DNA of 56,133 nt, taken from positions 1-56,133 of the IMG/VR virus record IMGVR_UViG_3300024232_000014; one strand, written 5' to 3'. The position numbers and the translations under genes are program-made. This document shows positions 27,754-36,047 of this stretch, in pieces. Under the pieces are notes generated by a model. The model had not been told where the DNA came from and did not search any database. It saw only the letters and a program-made list of their open reading frames with translations. The DNA comes from a virus (Duplodnaviria > Caudoviricetes). Numbering within the stretch: position 1 is the first letter of the stretch; every line of letters begins with the position of its first letter.

Positions 27754-28014
27754 CTACAGGACCGTCCAGTCGTCCGACAGGAGGTCGATCTGCGCCGCGA
27801 GCCACGGCATGCAGGTGCCGTCGGCGAGCTTCATGTCGATGTGCGGCCGGTAATTGATCTCGGTGCCCGGCTCGTAGATGCCGAGCAGTGGCGGCCGGTT
27901 GACCTTGAACGTGCTGCCGGGCACCAGGTAGAGGAACATCCCCTTGCCGTTCCACCCGCTGCGGCAGACGCGCCCGCCGTTCTTGAGCGCTTCGAGCGCC
28001 TGTCCGAAGTCCAT
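27754..28014 (-). CDS. tad2: DUF2829 family protein, Tad2-like anti-defence sponge
   Basis: MDFGQALEALK.G.RV.R.GWNGKGMFL...PW..Q.DLL.DDW is the DUF2829 signature. Confidence 0.8.
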   Translation of the reverse strand: MDFGQALEALKNGGRVCRSGWNGKGMFLYLVPGSTFKVNRPPLLGIYEPGTEINYRPHIDMKLADGTCMPWLAAQIDLLSDDWTVL

Positions 28015-28023
28015 GACCTGCTC

Positions 28024-28758
28024 CTATGCGACGATCCGTAGGTGGCGGGACAGCGCCTCGCGCGCCGCCTGCTTGCGTTCGAGCGGGATGCCGGATTCCT
28101 CCAGCGCCGCGTCGAGAGCGCGTTCCAGCATGTCGGCGGTCTGCTGGCGAATGCCTGCCAGCCGCTCGTCGATCTTGAGCTTGCTGATGTCGATGAGGAT
28201 CTTCGCGAACCGCTCCATGGCGCGCTCGTAGAGCAGCATCTCGGCGCGGATCTGCTCGCCCGCCTTGCCGCTGTAGCGCATGCGCCCGAGGCCGACCAGC
28301 TCGGCGACCATGCCGCGCATGACCTCCTTGAACGCCTTGACCTCGCCCGCCAGCTCCATCAGCTCGTCCAGCGGGTTGCCGATGTCGTCGGGATTCAGGA
28401 GCTTTTCGCCGTTGGCCCGCATGATCTCGGCCAGGCGCTCGGCCATCCCGTTCTCGATGGCGTTCGTCGCGGCAGCCTGCCGGGCCCAGGGAGCCGACCC
28501 GCCGTGCGTGGTGCACCTTGGCGGGTCGCTGCCGTCCAGGGCCAGGTTGCGGCACTTGCCTGTCTGCTTGCCCTTGCAGAGCCTGATCCCGGTCAGCTCC
28601 TCGGCTTCCTCCAGGTCCTCGTCGCTCACGTGCCGCAGGCACGCGGCCAGGCCGTGGATCTCGCGCTCCTGGCACGGGTCGCCGGTGCGCGTCGGCTGGC
28701 CGCAGGGGTTGGGGCCCTCCCAGGGACGCGGCGCTCGGCTGAAGTGGTCGTACGTCAC
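28024..28758 (-). CDS. terS: terminase small subunit
   Basis: GTG at 28758 (GTGA overlap); CG..TR.G.PC and C..HGG Zn motifs, then helical C-terminus; upstream of terL. Confidence 0.7.
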   Translation of the reverse strand: MTYDHFSRAPRPWEGPNPCGQPTRTGDPCQEREIHGLAACLRHVSDEDLEEAEELTGIRLCKGKQTGKCRNLALDGSDPPRCTTHGGSAPWARQAAATNAIENGMAERLAEIMRANGEKLLNPDDIGNPLDELMELAGEVKAFKEVMRGMVAELVGLGRMRYSGKAGEQIRAEMLLYERAMERFAKILIDISKLKIDERLAGIRQQTADMLERALDAALEESGIPLERKQAAREALSRHLRIVA

Positions 28759-29054
28759 TGGCTTCCCCCGCTCTTGTCGATGTGGTCGGCTGTCAGCCCG
28801 GTGGTGAAGAACGCGAAGACCGAGGCGAACAGCGGGACGATCGTTACCATCATCATCGTCGACAGCAGGTACGCAAGCCAGCCGTGCGGCGCGATATCGC
28901 AGCCTACGGTAGTCGCCGTCCCGGTGGCGCAGTAGATGCCGTGCCCTATTCCGATGCCGTTGACGGAGCCGTACCCGACGCCGAGCGCCAGGTCGAGCAC
29001 GATGGTCGTCCCGAGCACGAACGCAGCGCGGCGGTGGTGCACGTTGACCCTCAT
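28755..29054 (-). CDS. miniature two-TM potassium-channel-family protein with variant filter
   Basis: ATG at 29054 (ATGA overlap), 99 aa; TM1 - GIYCATGTATTVGCDIAP - TM2 aligns to KcsA ALWWSVETATTVGYGDLYP. Confidence 0.75.
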   Translation of the reverse strand: MRVNVHHRRAAFVLGTTIVLDLALGVGYGSVNGIGIGHGIYCATGTATTVGCDIAPHGWLAYLLSTMMMVTIVPLFASVFAFFTTGLTADHIDKSGGSQ

Positions 29055-29404
29055 GACCGCTGCTCCAGCAGCTCGATGACACGTTCCAGCAGCTCGGTGA
29101 CGGACTTCTCCGGCCGCGCCTGCGCCTCGTGCCTGCTGCACCATGGCGTGCCGTTGATGACGTGCTTGCCGATCCGCCAGCAGCGGCTCTTGTGGCAGTT
29201 CTTCAGGTGGTAGAGGGACCAGACCGACCCGAGGAGGGTCAGCACGGTCAGTGCCGGGATGAACCCGGATTCGAGCTGGTAGGTCCAGGGCGTGCCTGAC
29301 GGCACCGGCCAGGTGCCCATGGCGAAGCGCCAGGCCAGCGGGTGGTGCGCAACCGACCACCCGACTGCGCCTAGCAGCAGTAGCGGGAGGAACAGGCGTC
29401 TCAT
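29051..29404 (-). CDS. membrane protein with C-terminal Cys/His cluster
   Basis: ATG at 29404; two hydrophobic segments; NCH..RCWR.G......WC..H. Confidence 0.65.
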   Translation of the reverse strand: MRRLFLPLLLLGAVGWSVAHHPLAWRFAMGTWPVPSGTPWTYQLESGFIPALTVLTLLGSVWSLYHLKNCHKSRCWRIGKHVINGTPWCSRHEAQARPEKSVTELLERVIELLEQRS

Positions 29405-29428
29405 GGGCCTATTGTGCCACGCAAAGCA

Positions 29429-29459
29429 AGAGGCAGGCACCGGGGCGATGCCTGCCTCT
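29429..29459 (-). terminator. hairpin, probable terminator
   Basis: AGAGGCAGGCA / TGCCTGCCTCT 11-bp inverted repeat followed by TGCTTT on minus strand. Confidence 0.55.
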
Positions 29460-29572
29460 GCCCGACCGGGCCTACTCTGCGTTGTGTGCCCGGTCTCATC
29501 CGTACAGGCCGGTCCTGGAGACCACGGCTGCCTACGGGGGCGGGCAGCCTGGTCGCGGCCTGACGGGCTAAA

Positions 29573-30421
29573 TTAGCTGGTTTTCGTGAACGTCCAGGTT
29601 ACGTCAACGTCGTAGTAGTCGCTAGCCGGGACGGTGATCTCGGTTGCGGTGCCGCCAGCCGGGTAAGCCTGCGAGCTGCCGCAGTCCAGCGTGCCGCCGA
29701 TGCCGAGCGTGACCGCCGTCGCGGAGGTCCCGAGCGGTGCTGAGGAGCCGTTGTTGTCCGCGCCGTCCCCGTACTCGCAGTAGGCCATCGAGCCGTCGGC
29801 GAGCTGCTTGTGGATGAGCACGCGGGGGTAGGCCTGGTAGCCGGTGACGGTCGCGTACGCCTGGACGCTGACCTGGCAGTCGGTGGTCTTGCAAGTGAAG
29901 CGGAACGACCCGCCGGTGGTGTCTCCGACGGGGGAGCCGAGCGTGGTGCTCAGCGTCTGCCAGACGGCTGCCCCGCTGCCACGGTCGACGAGCACCTGGC
30001 CGATGCCGTACGGAAGAGCCTGGGCGTTAGTGCCCGCAGGCCCGGTGTCCCCCTTCGGTCCCTGCGGCCCGGTCGCTCCCGTGTCGCCCTTCGGCCCGGC
30101 TGCCCCGGTGTCGCCCTTGGGACCCTGCGCACCGTCAGCTCCGGTCGCGCCGGTCAGCCCTGTAGCGCCGGTCAGTCCCGTGGCTCCAGTCGGGCCCGGA
30201 ACACCGCCCACGATCACGTCGTGCATGCCTGCCGGGCAGGTCTGCGCGTGCTCGGTGAGCGCGGTCTTGAGGGTGCGCGTGCTGTTCTCGCACGAGTGCA
30301 CCGCGATGCTCCGGGGAGCAGCAGTGCTGCTTGCCGCGTACGCGGCACCGGCCGTCATCACGCCCGCCGCAACGACCGAAGTCGCAACGATGGCCGCTGC
30401 CCGGCTCTTTATCTTGATCAT
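29573..30421 (-). CDS. secreted collagen-like protein
   Basis: N-terminal signal peptide ([23 protein letters not shown]), long G-X-Y run, Cys-containing C-terminal domain. Confidence 0.8.
   Translation of the reverse strand: MIKIKSRAAAIVATSVVAAGVMTAGAAYAASSTAAPRSIAVHSCENSTRTLKTALTEHAQTCPAGMHDVIVGGVPGPTGATGLTGATGLTGATGADGAQGPKGDTGAAGPKGDTGATGPQGPKGDTGPAGTNAQALPYGIGQVLVDRGSGAAVWQTLSTTLGSPVGDTTGGSFRFTCKTTDCQVSVQAYATVTGYQAYPRVLIHKQLADGSMAYCEYGDGADNNGSSAPLGTSATAVTLGIGGTLDCGSSQAYPAGGTATEITVPASDYYDVDVTWTFTKTS
30035..30200 (-). repeat. collagen G-X-Y repeat
   Basis: [55 protein letters not shown]. Confidence 0.9.
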
Positions 30422-30446
30422 CTTCCTGTTGCCTCTCGTTGTGCCC

Positions 30447-30707
30447 CTATGAGCAGTGTAGTGCGATGAACGCGTCTGTTCTCGACTTGATTCCCGCCAG
30501 CCACTCGTTGTCGTCGTCCGCAGCGTACACCGCCGTCTCCGGTGGCAGGTCCCCGGACGGAGCGCTGCCCGCGTCCCAGGAGTCGTCCAGGTGGCGCTCC
30601 CAGCGGCCCTTGCGCACTCCCTGCCGGTGTCCCAGCAGGTAGAAGACGATAGCGGTAGGTCCTGCCGTCATCAGGGCGACCCCGATGGCGAAAGTTGCCG
30701 TGATCAT
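30447..30707 (-). CDS. small membrane protein
   Basis: N-terminal hydrophobic helix; GGAGG RBS. Confidence 0.6.
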   Translation of the reverse strand: MITATFAIGVALMTAGPTAIVFYLLGHRQGVRKGRWERHLDDSWDAGSAPSGDLPPETAVYAADDDNEWLAGIKSRTDAFIALHCS

Positions 30708-30719
30708 TTCGTAATCCTC

Positions 30720-31301
30720 CTAGCAGCCGTCGTACGGGGTCCAGTCGCTGTAGCCGTCGTCATGGACGGTCTGCCAGAAGACAGCCGTCTGCTCGGCCGG
30801 GCCCGCCTTGCCGAAGTCGGCCGGCGCACCGCCGTGCGCGCTCCAGGTGGACGCGCTGAACTGGTAGAGGCCCCAGTGCCCGGTCGCATTCCAGATGTAC
30901 GGGTTGCCGCCGCTCTCGCGGCTGATGATGCACTGCTGCATCACGGTCGAGCCCTGGTAGGAGATGACGTGCTGGCTAGCGAGCTGCGTGCCCGCTGCGG
31001 CTGTCGCGGGCATGGCCGCGAGCTTCTGCCGCTCCTCGGCCGCAGCCGCCAGCGCGGCAAGCCGCTTGAGGTGCGCCAGGTGGGCCAGGTGCTTGAGGTG
31101 CAGTACGTGGTTCTGCTGCCAGGTCAGCGCGGGTATCGTCTGGTAGTCAGGCTGCGTGTACGACACGTAGCGGATGACCTGCGGGTTTGCCGAGCCCGCG
31201 AAGATGAAGCCGAAGGCCAGGAGAGGCGTGCACACTGCGGTGCAAATTGCGGCGAAAGTTGCCCGGAATTTACGGGTCGCCCCATGTCGCCAGGTGAGCA
31301 T
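30720..31301 (-). CDS. Rpf-like lytic transglycosylase, membrane-anchored or secreted
   Basis: ATG at 31301 with AAGGA RBS; N-terminal TM; CI..RESGGN...GLYQF..STW...GG...A...EQ catalytic signature. Confidence 0.8.
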   Translation of the reverse strand: MLTWRHGATRKFRATFAAICTAVCTPLLAFGFIFAGSANPQVIRYVSYTQPDYQTIPALTWQQNHVLHLKHLAHLAHLKRLAALAAAAEERQKLAAMPATAAAGTQLASQHVISYQGSTVMQQCIISRESGGNPYIWNATGHWGLYQFSASTWSAHGGAPADFGKAGPAEQTAVFWQTVHDDGYSDWTPYDGC

Positions 31302-31430
31302 GTGTGTATCCTTGCTCTCGTTGATAGTTCGCCGCCTGGCGAGGGGACTGCCAGGTACCAGCCTCGCCTGCGGCACGCTTCGCCGACGATAACAGCCCGG
31401 TCTCGTCCTTGGCCACAAAATCGCCGAATG

Positions 31431-31462
31431 AGAAACCCCCGGATGGGTCTCCGGGGGTTTCT
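31431..31462. terminator. intrinsic terminator
   Basis: Perfect 13-bp inverted repeat AGAAACCCCCGGA / TCCGGGGGTTTCT with 6-nt loop, just after the 31474 stop. Confidence 0.8.
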
Positions 31463-31473
31463 TGCTGTTTCTG

Positions 31474-31749
31474 TTACTCCTGTGGCTGCACCTTGATCCG
31501 GCTGACGCGCATCGGAGCGTCCGACCAGACGGTCACCGAGTATTTCCCCCCGGTCTCCTTGACGCTCACGAGCTGCTGCCTTAGCGCTTCTGCCTCGGCT
31601 TTTGCCTCGCGCACCGCCTCGATCAGGTCCGGCACGTCGATGTTGACCAGCCGGGCGACGTCCTCGTGGTGCATCGCACGAGCGTTCTGGAGAGTCACCT
31701 TGGCCCGCTCCAGCCGCGCCGCGACCTTAGTCAGGTGAACCGCCTTCAC
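31474..31749 (-). CDS. hypothetical protein
   Basis: Overlapping start/stop chain; coiled coil. Confidence 0.6.
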   Translation of the reverse strand: MKAVHLTKVAARLERAKVTLQNARAMHHEDVARLVNIDVPDLIEAVREAKAEAEALRQQLVSVKETGGKYSVTVWSDAPMRVSRIKVQPQE

Positions 31750-32018
31750 TGCCTGCCTCCCTCCGAGAACGGCGTCCAGTTAGTGCCCCGGTCAGGGAAC
31801 ATGCCCTGGTTGTCCTGCATGAACTCGCTGATCTGCTCGTGCAGGTCCGCTAGCTCCTCCGGACTGAGCCGGATCACCACCCGGTTGCCGAGGGGCATTC
31901 CGGGGTGCCCGTGCGAGATGAAGTTCAGGCCCACCGCCTCGCCCTCGGGCGAGGGGACGGTGCCTAGCGCGTGCTCAGAGATCCGCAGCACCTCGCTGTG
32001 CTCAAACGTCCTTTCCAT
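31746..32018 (-). CDS. hypothetical protein
   Basis: Overlapping chain with RBS. Confidence 0.6.
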   Translation of the reverse strand: MERTFEHSEVLRISEHALGTVPSPEGEAVGLNFISHGHPGMPLGNRVVIRLSPEELADLHEQISEFMQDNQGMFPDRGTNWTPFSEGGRQ

Positions 32019-32310
32019 CGCTCTTGCCCTCCTCCCACTCGGTCAGCTCGCGCATGAGATCCGTCGCGTCGTACTTCCAGGCATCCTCATCGATGACCAG
32101 GGACCTGGACTTGAGGCCGGGCGGCAGCTCCTTGCCATCGACGGTGTAGTACCTGGTGAACTCGTTCCAGGTGACCTCGAACTTGCACCAGGCCGCCGAA
32201 GCGTAGGCCGCCGCGTCGATGAAGAACTCGACCGACTCCTCGATGACCTCGCCATGGTCCTTGACGTGCTTCTCGACCCAGGCCTTAGCCGCCTTGTCGA
32301 ATCTGCTCAT
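32002..32310 (-). CDS. hypothetical protein
   Basis: Overlapping chain with GGAGG RBS. Confidence 0.6.
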   Translation of the reverse strand: MSRFDKAAKAWVEKHVKDHGEVIEESVEFFIDAAAYASAAWCKFEVTWNEFTRYYTVDGKELPPGLKSRSLVIDEDAWKYDATDLMRELTEWEEGKSDGKDV

Positions 32311-32530
32311 CGAGCGCCGCCTCCCTCGCCAGCTTCTCCAGCGCCTGCTTGGCCTGCCGCAGTCCGCTCTCCCTGCCGCCGACCGGCTTGTTGTCCTTGA
32401 CGGGCTGGTAGTACGGGAACTTGCCGCTGCGGTCGTGCAGCACGCGCCGCAGGCTCCAGCCCTCCAGCTCCGGGTCGTTCGGCGTGTACACGAGGGTGCT
32501 GCCCTCCCAGTGCTGCCGGTAGGTGCTCAT
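32285..32530 (-). CDS. hypothetical protein
   Basis: ATGA overlap; ends L.QAK..LE like 32813..33043. Confidence 0.55.
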   Translation of the reverse strand: MSTYRQHWEGSTLVYTPNDPELEGWSLRRVLHDRSGKFPYYQPVKDNKPVGGRESGLRQAKQALEKLAREAALDEQIRQGG

Positions 32531-32823
32531 CCGTGGTCTCCGTTCCAGGGGCAGTTCTTGCAGCAGCAGCCCTTGCCGTGATCGGTCACGGACTGCACGT
32601 ACGGCCGGTTGACCAGGAGCAGCGACAGCTCGGCGGTCTTGTCCGCGTCGACCTCGACCAGCAGGACGTCGGTCGGCTTCTTCTCCGGCGGCTTTCTCTC
32701 GCCGGTGAACCTGTAGGTGACGACCGGCATGCCGTCGTCACCGATCGTGACCTTCTCCAGCTCCATCGTGTATGGCTTGCCGGGGTCCAGGCCCGGCGGG
32801 ATGCCGAGGATCTCAGTCCTCAT
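32527..32823 (-). CDS. hypothetical protein
   Basis: Overlapping chain; C-terminal GCCCKNCPW. Confidence 0.55.
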   Translation of the reverse strand: MRTEILGIPPGLDPGKPYTMELEKVTIGDDGMPVVTYRFTGERKPPEKKPTDVLLVEVDADKTAELSLLLVNRPYVQSVTDHGKGCCCKNCPWNGDHG

Positions 32824-33043
32824 CTCTGCCCTCTCTCAGAACGTGCGCCTTGGCCTGGCCGAGCGTGGGGTACGGCTTGCCGCTCGGGCTGTCGTGGTAC
32901 ATCGCCTGGTATTTCCACTGGCGCGGCCTGCCGGTAGGCAGCCTGTCGATGTACCAGGCCGCCCACTCGCGGCCGACGGGCATCCGGACCGTGATCGGCT
33001 CCTCGTACCCGTCGACCCTGATGTACATCCGACGCCACCTCAC
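32813..33043 (-). CDS. hypothetical protein
   Basis: GTGA overlap; YPTLGQAKAHV. Confidence 0.55.
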   Translation of the reverse strand: MRWRRMYIRVDGYEEPITVRMPVGREWAAWYIDRLPTGRPRQWKYQAMYHDSPSGKPYPTLGQAKAHVLREGRDED

Positions 33044-33582
33044 GGCCGCGCCCTCAGCAGCTCCATGAGCCTGAGCGCGTCGCTCTCCAGGATCTCGACC
33101 GTGTTGCCGTGGACGTAGGCGCGGACGCCGTGCTTCGCCAGCTCCTCCTTGACCTCTCCGAGGCGCGCTGCCAGGTCGTTCCTGGCCTTCTCGTCGCGCT
33201 CGCGCTTGTCCTGGAGTACCTGCCGCTCCGCTTCGACCGCCGCGACGGTCTCCTCGTACGGGCCGAGCACATTCGCCATGTTAGTGAGGATGCGGTAGTT
33301 GAAGTCGGGGATGTTGCCCCAGTTCACGCCCGTCTTCAGGGCGTCCTCCAGGCTCGCGCCGCTCACGTCCCGGCCGATCGCCACGAGGTACCCGTCGGCC
33401 GGGTAGAAGCTCCTGGAATTCGGCTTGGCTGCGGTCGAGCGCCTGATGGCGTGCGACTTCTCGCCGTAGGTATACAGGTCGGAGACCGGGGCGACGAACA
33501 CGACCTGGTAAACGTGATCGTAGAGGTGCCTGCCCTCGCGGTACGCGTAGACCTTGCCGGTCTCTACTTCCTTAGACTTCAT
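33040..33582 (-). CDS. hypothetical protein
   Basis: MK.KEV..G.VYAY N-terminus typical of SH3-like actinophage early proteins. Confidence 0.6.
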   Translation of the reverse strand: MKSKEVETGKVYAYREGRHLYDHVYQVVFVAPVSDLYTYGEKSHAIRRSTAAKPNSRSFYPADGYLVAIGRDVSGASLEDALKTGVNWGNIPDFNYRILTNMANVLGPYEETVAAVEAERQVLQDKRERDEKARNDLAARLGEVKEELAKHGVRAYVHGNTVEILESDALRLMELLRARP

Positions 33583-33928
33583 CGCTGGTTCCCTCCGTCG
33601 CAGTGATCTTGCCGTGGCTGTCGGCCGCCAGCCTGAACCAGCGCCTGCCGACGCCGGTGCCGTAGCTGCCCAGCCTGTCGACCTGCGCGAGCTTCATCTC
33701 CGCCGTGTCCGGGTGCACGCCCTCGCTGACCATCCAGGCCCAGGCCTCGCTGCGCGTCATCGGCCGGTGAGGCGTGCTGACCTTGGAGGTGCTTACCCTG
33801 GCGTTCATGCCGAGCAGGCCCGTCTCGGGGCGGCCCAGCGCCAGCTCGACGGCTTTCTGGACGTCGGCGGCGGGCACCACGTCGAACGGGTCTTCCAGCT
33901 CCACGGTGACCGTGAACTTCGTGCTCAT
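33572..33928 (-). CDS. hypothetical protein
   Basis: ATG at 33928 with AGGGAGA RBS, downstream of promoter motif. Confidence 0.6.
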   Translation of the reverse strand: MSTKFTVTVELEDPFDVVPAADVQKAVELALGRPETGLLGMNARVSTSKVSTPHRPMTRSEAWAWMVSEGVHPDTAEMKLAQVDRLGSYGTGVGRRWFRLAADSHGKITATEGTSDEV

Positions 33929-33973
33929 GATCTTCTCCCTCGTCCGGGACGCCCTGTCCCGTACGTCATTGTA

Positions 33974-33999
33974 AACGCAAAGGGACCGGGAAATGTTCC
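33974..33999 (-). promoter_or_regulatory. ECF-sigma (SigR/SigH-type) promoter
   Basis: GGAAC-N17-CGTT in intergenic gap; overlaps AGGGACCGGG/CCCGGTCCCT hairpin. Confidence 0.65.
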
Positions 34000-34013
34000 C
34001 CGGTCCCTCGCGC

Positions 34014-34211
34014 CTAGCGCCTGCTGGCGAACTTCTCGGCCGTCTCCCAGTCATCCGGGCGGCCGAGCACGATGGTCAGCGCGAGCAGCAAGCCGTGGAT
34101 GACCAGCTCCAGCTCGCGCTTCTCGTGCTGGTTCGCCTTGTCGGTCAGGTTGCGCCGCATGACGATCTCGTCGGCGATCTGCCTGGCAGCCTTCTCGGCT
34201 TCGGGCGTCAT
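34014..34211 (-). CDS. hypothetical protein
   Basis: ATG at 34211 overlapping upstream stop. Confidence 0.55.
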   Translation of the reverse strand: MTPEAEKAARQIADEIVMRRNLTDKANQHEKRELELVIHGLLLALTIVLGRPDDWETAEKFASRR

Positions 34212-34384
34212 CAGTAGGCCTCGTCGTGAGCTGCGAAGACGCGTTCTGCGCCTTCCTGGCCGAGCGCGATGACCACGGCCCGCTTGAGACCGCTGATGTA
34301 GGCCTCCTCCTCGCGGGTCTCGCCGTTGACCTCGCGCCGGTGCTTGATCAGCGCCATGACCCGCTCCGCGAACTCTTCCATCAT
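34211..34384 (-). CDS. hypothetical protein
   Basis: ATG at 34384 with GGAGG RBS. Confidence 0.55.
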   Translation of the reverse strand: MMEEFAERVMALIKHRREVNGETREEEAYISGLKRAVVIALGQEGAERVFAAHDEAY

Positions 34385-34896
34385 GCCTCCTTGCAGTTGC
34401 AGTGCTGCGGTCCGTTGCCGGTGATCCGCGACTGGCACAGGGCCGCATGATCCCTCAGCAGCTCCTTGGCCTGCGGGTGGTCGAACACCTTGGTCACGGC
34501 CGTGTGCGCCAGGTCACTCCACTGGACGGCCGTCTGGATGCCTGCCGCCAGCCTCATCGTGCGGTCAGCGAACTTGTCCAGGTCGGCCTTGCGCAGCCCG
34601 CGCGAACCCTTGGCGGCGTCTGCCGCGTCGCGGCCGTCACGGGCCAGGTCGGATATCTCACTGAGCTGGCGGGCCAGCGAGGCGAACCTGTCGTACACCT
34701 GCTCCAGGCTGATCTCCAGGTCGAGCGCGTTGCCGTTGGCCCTGGCGGTGACGTTCAGGGACTTCGCCGGGACCACGAAGGTCCGGGTGTCGTCCTCCCA
34801 GCGCACCGCTACCTGGCCGTCGTCGAGCACCTCGTCGACCACGACCGTCTCGTCTACTCCGTGCGAGGCGTAGACCGCCCTGTCGCCCTGCTTCAT
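34381..34896 (-). CDS. hypothetical protein with SH3-like N-terminus
   Basis: ATG at 34896 (MKQGDRAVY..V.V.W.D...VPA..L). Confidence 0.55.
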   Translation of the reverse strand: MKQGDRAVYASHGVDETVVVDEVLDDGQVAVRWEDDTRTFVVPAKSLNVTARANGNALDLEISLEQVYDRFASLARQLSEISDLARDGRDAADAAKGSRGLRKADLDKFADRTMRLAAGIQTAVQWSDLAHTAVTKVFDHPQAKELLRDHAALCQSRITGNGPQHCNCKEA

Positions 34897-35057
34897 CGCT
34901 GGTCCTCTCCGGCCTTGTCCTGGTAGTCCTTGCGCCACGCCTGCGCCGCAGCGCGGCCCTGGCGGGTGTTGCTGAACGGCCCTGCGACGATGCCCTGGCG
35001 GTCGCTGTACACGACCGGGCCCTGCGAGGTGGGCTTTACCTCGAAGATCTCCGTCAT
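34893..35057 (-). CDS. small hypothetical protein
   Basis: AGGGAGACGGTGATG start context; GPF.....A..AA motif. Confidence 0.55.
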   Translation of the reverse strand: MTEIFEVKPTSQGPVVYSDRQGIVAGPFSNTRQGRAAAQAWRKDYQDKAGEDQR

Positions 35058-35100
35058 CACCGTCTCCCTCGGACCGGCTCCCTGCCGGTCTACCACTGTA

Positions 35101-35126
35101 AACGCACTCCCCCTGGCGGGTATTCC
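35101..35126 (-). promoter_or_regulatory. ECF-sigma (SigR/SigH-type) promoter
   Basis: GGAAT-N17-CGTT in divergent intergenic region; overlaps palindrome GGCGGG-TATT-CCCGCC. Confidence 0.65.
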
Positions 35127-35181
35127 CGCCCGGCGTAGACTGGCTGCCTGATCATCTCCCGCACCAGGCAGAGGACTGAAA

Positions 35182-35268
35182 ATGACCACTCCGGAACCCG
35201 TAGACCCGCCGCCGAACCCCGAGCCGCCCGTCGAGCGCCAGACCGAGAACTGGGCGAAGGACGAATGA
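35182..35268 (+). CDS. 28-aa Pro-rich leader ORF coupled to amidase
   Basis: GAGGA RBS, MTTPEPVDPPPNPEPPVERQTENWAKDE, ATGA overlap with amidase start. Confidence 0.45.
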   Translation: MTTPEPVDPPPNPEPPVERQTENWAKDE

Positions 35269-36032
35269 CGCTGCACCGCGACTGGATCGGGTCGCCGAAC
35301 TACTCAAGCCGCGCCGGCGCATCCGTCCGGCTCATCGTGCTGCACACCTCCGAGGGTGCGCAGACCTACCAGAGCCTCGGCGAGTACTTCCAGGGCAACG
35401 TCGAGGTCAGCTCGCACACGGGCATCGACAACCACGTGCGCGGCACCATCGGCGAGTACGTGAAGAGGTCGAACAAGGCCTGGACGGTGGCGAACGCCAA
35501 CCCGGTGGCGGTGTCCGCCGAGCTGTGCACGCCGCTGGGAGCCGCAGCCAACTGGACGCGCGACTTCTGGCTGAACACCCAGAAGACCATGCTCGACAAC
35601 GCGGCTGACTGGGTAGCCGAGGAGGCTGCCGCGCTCGGCATTCCTGTCGTCGGCCTGACTCCATCGCAGGCCCAGGGCAGCGGGCGGGGTGTCTGCCAGC
35701 ACTCCGACCTCGGTGCCTGGGGCGGCGGTCACTACGACTGCGGTCCTGGCTTCCCGCTCGACTACGTGCTGGAGAAGGCCTCGGGCAGCGCGCTTGTCAT
35801 CCCGCCGCTGCACGTCGACTACTTCAGCATCTCGCACAACAGCCAGGTCGCCGACGTGCGGACCTGGCAGCAGCAGATGGGCAAGCGCGGCTGGACGATC
35901 ACCGTGGACGGCGACTTCGGGAAGCAGTCGGACACCGTGTGCCGACAGTTCCAGGACGAGAAGGGTCTGGGCGTGGACGGCAAGGTCGGCCCGGACACCT
36001 GGAAGGCCTCCTGGTCCGCGCCGGTCACCTGA
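35265..36032 (+). CDS. N-acetylmuramoyl-L-alanine amidase with peptidoglycan-binding domain (endolysin-like)
   Basis: SPNYS.R, IVLHTSEG, SSH, AW, ELC, H.D...H.DCG..FP; C-terminal VDGDFG..S...V/C..FQ...GL.VDG.VGP.TW. Confidence 0.9.
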   Translation: MTLHRDWIGSPNYSSRAGASVRLIVLHTSEGAQTYQSLGEYFQGNVEVSSHTGIDNHVRGTIGEYVKRSNKAWTVANANPVAVSAELCTPLGAAANWTRDFWLNTQKTMLDNAADWVAEEAAALGIPVVGLTPSQAQGSGRGVCQHSDLGAWGGGHYDCGPGFPLDYVLEKASGSALVIPPLHVDYFSISHNSQVADVRTWQQQMGKRGWTITVDGDFGKQSDTVCRQFQDEKGLGVDGKVGPDTWKASWSAPVT

Positions 36033-36047
36033 CCAGCCCAGGACACG

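Noticed and set aside
31302-31430. c-di-AMP (ydaO) riboswitch upstream of the Rpf-like gene, as in Streptomyces rpfA
   Set aside because: The leader has hairpins but I could not find the conserved ydaO sequence blocks on the coding strand
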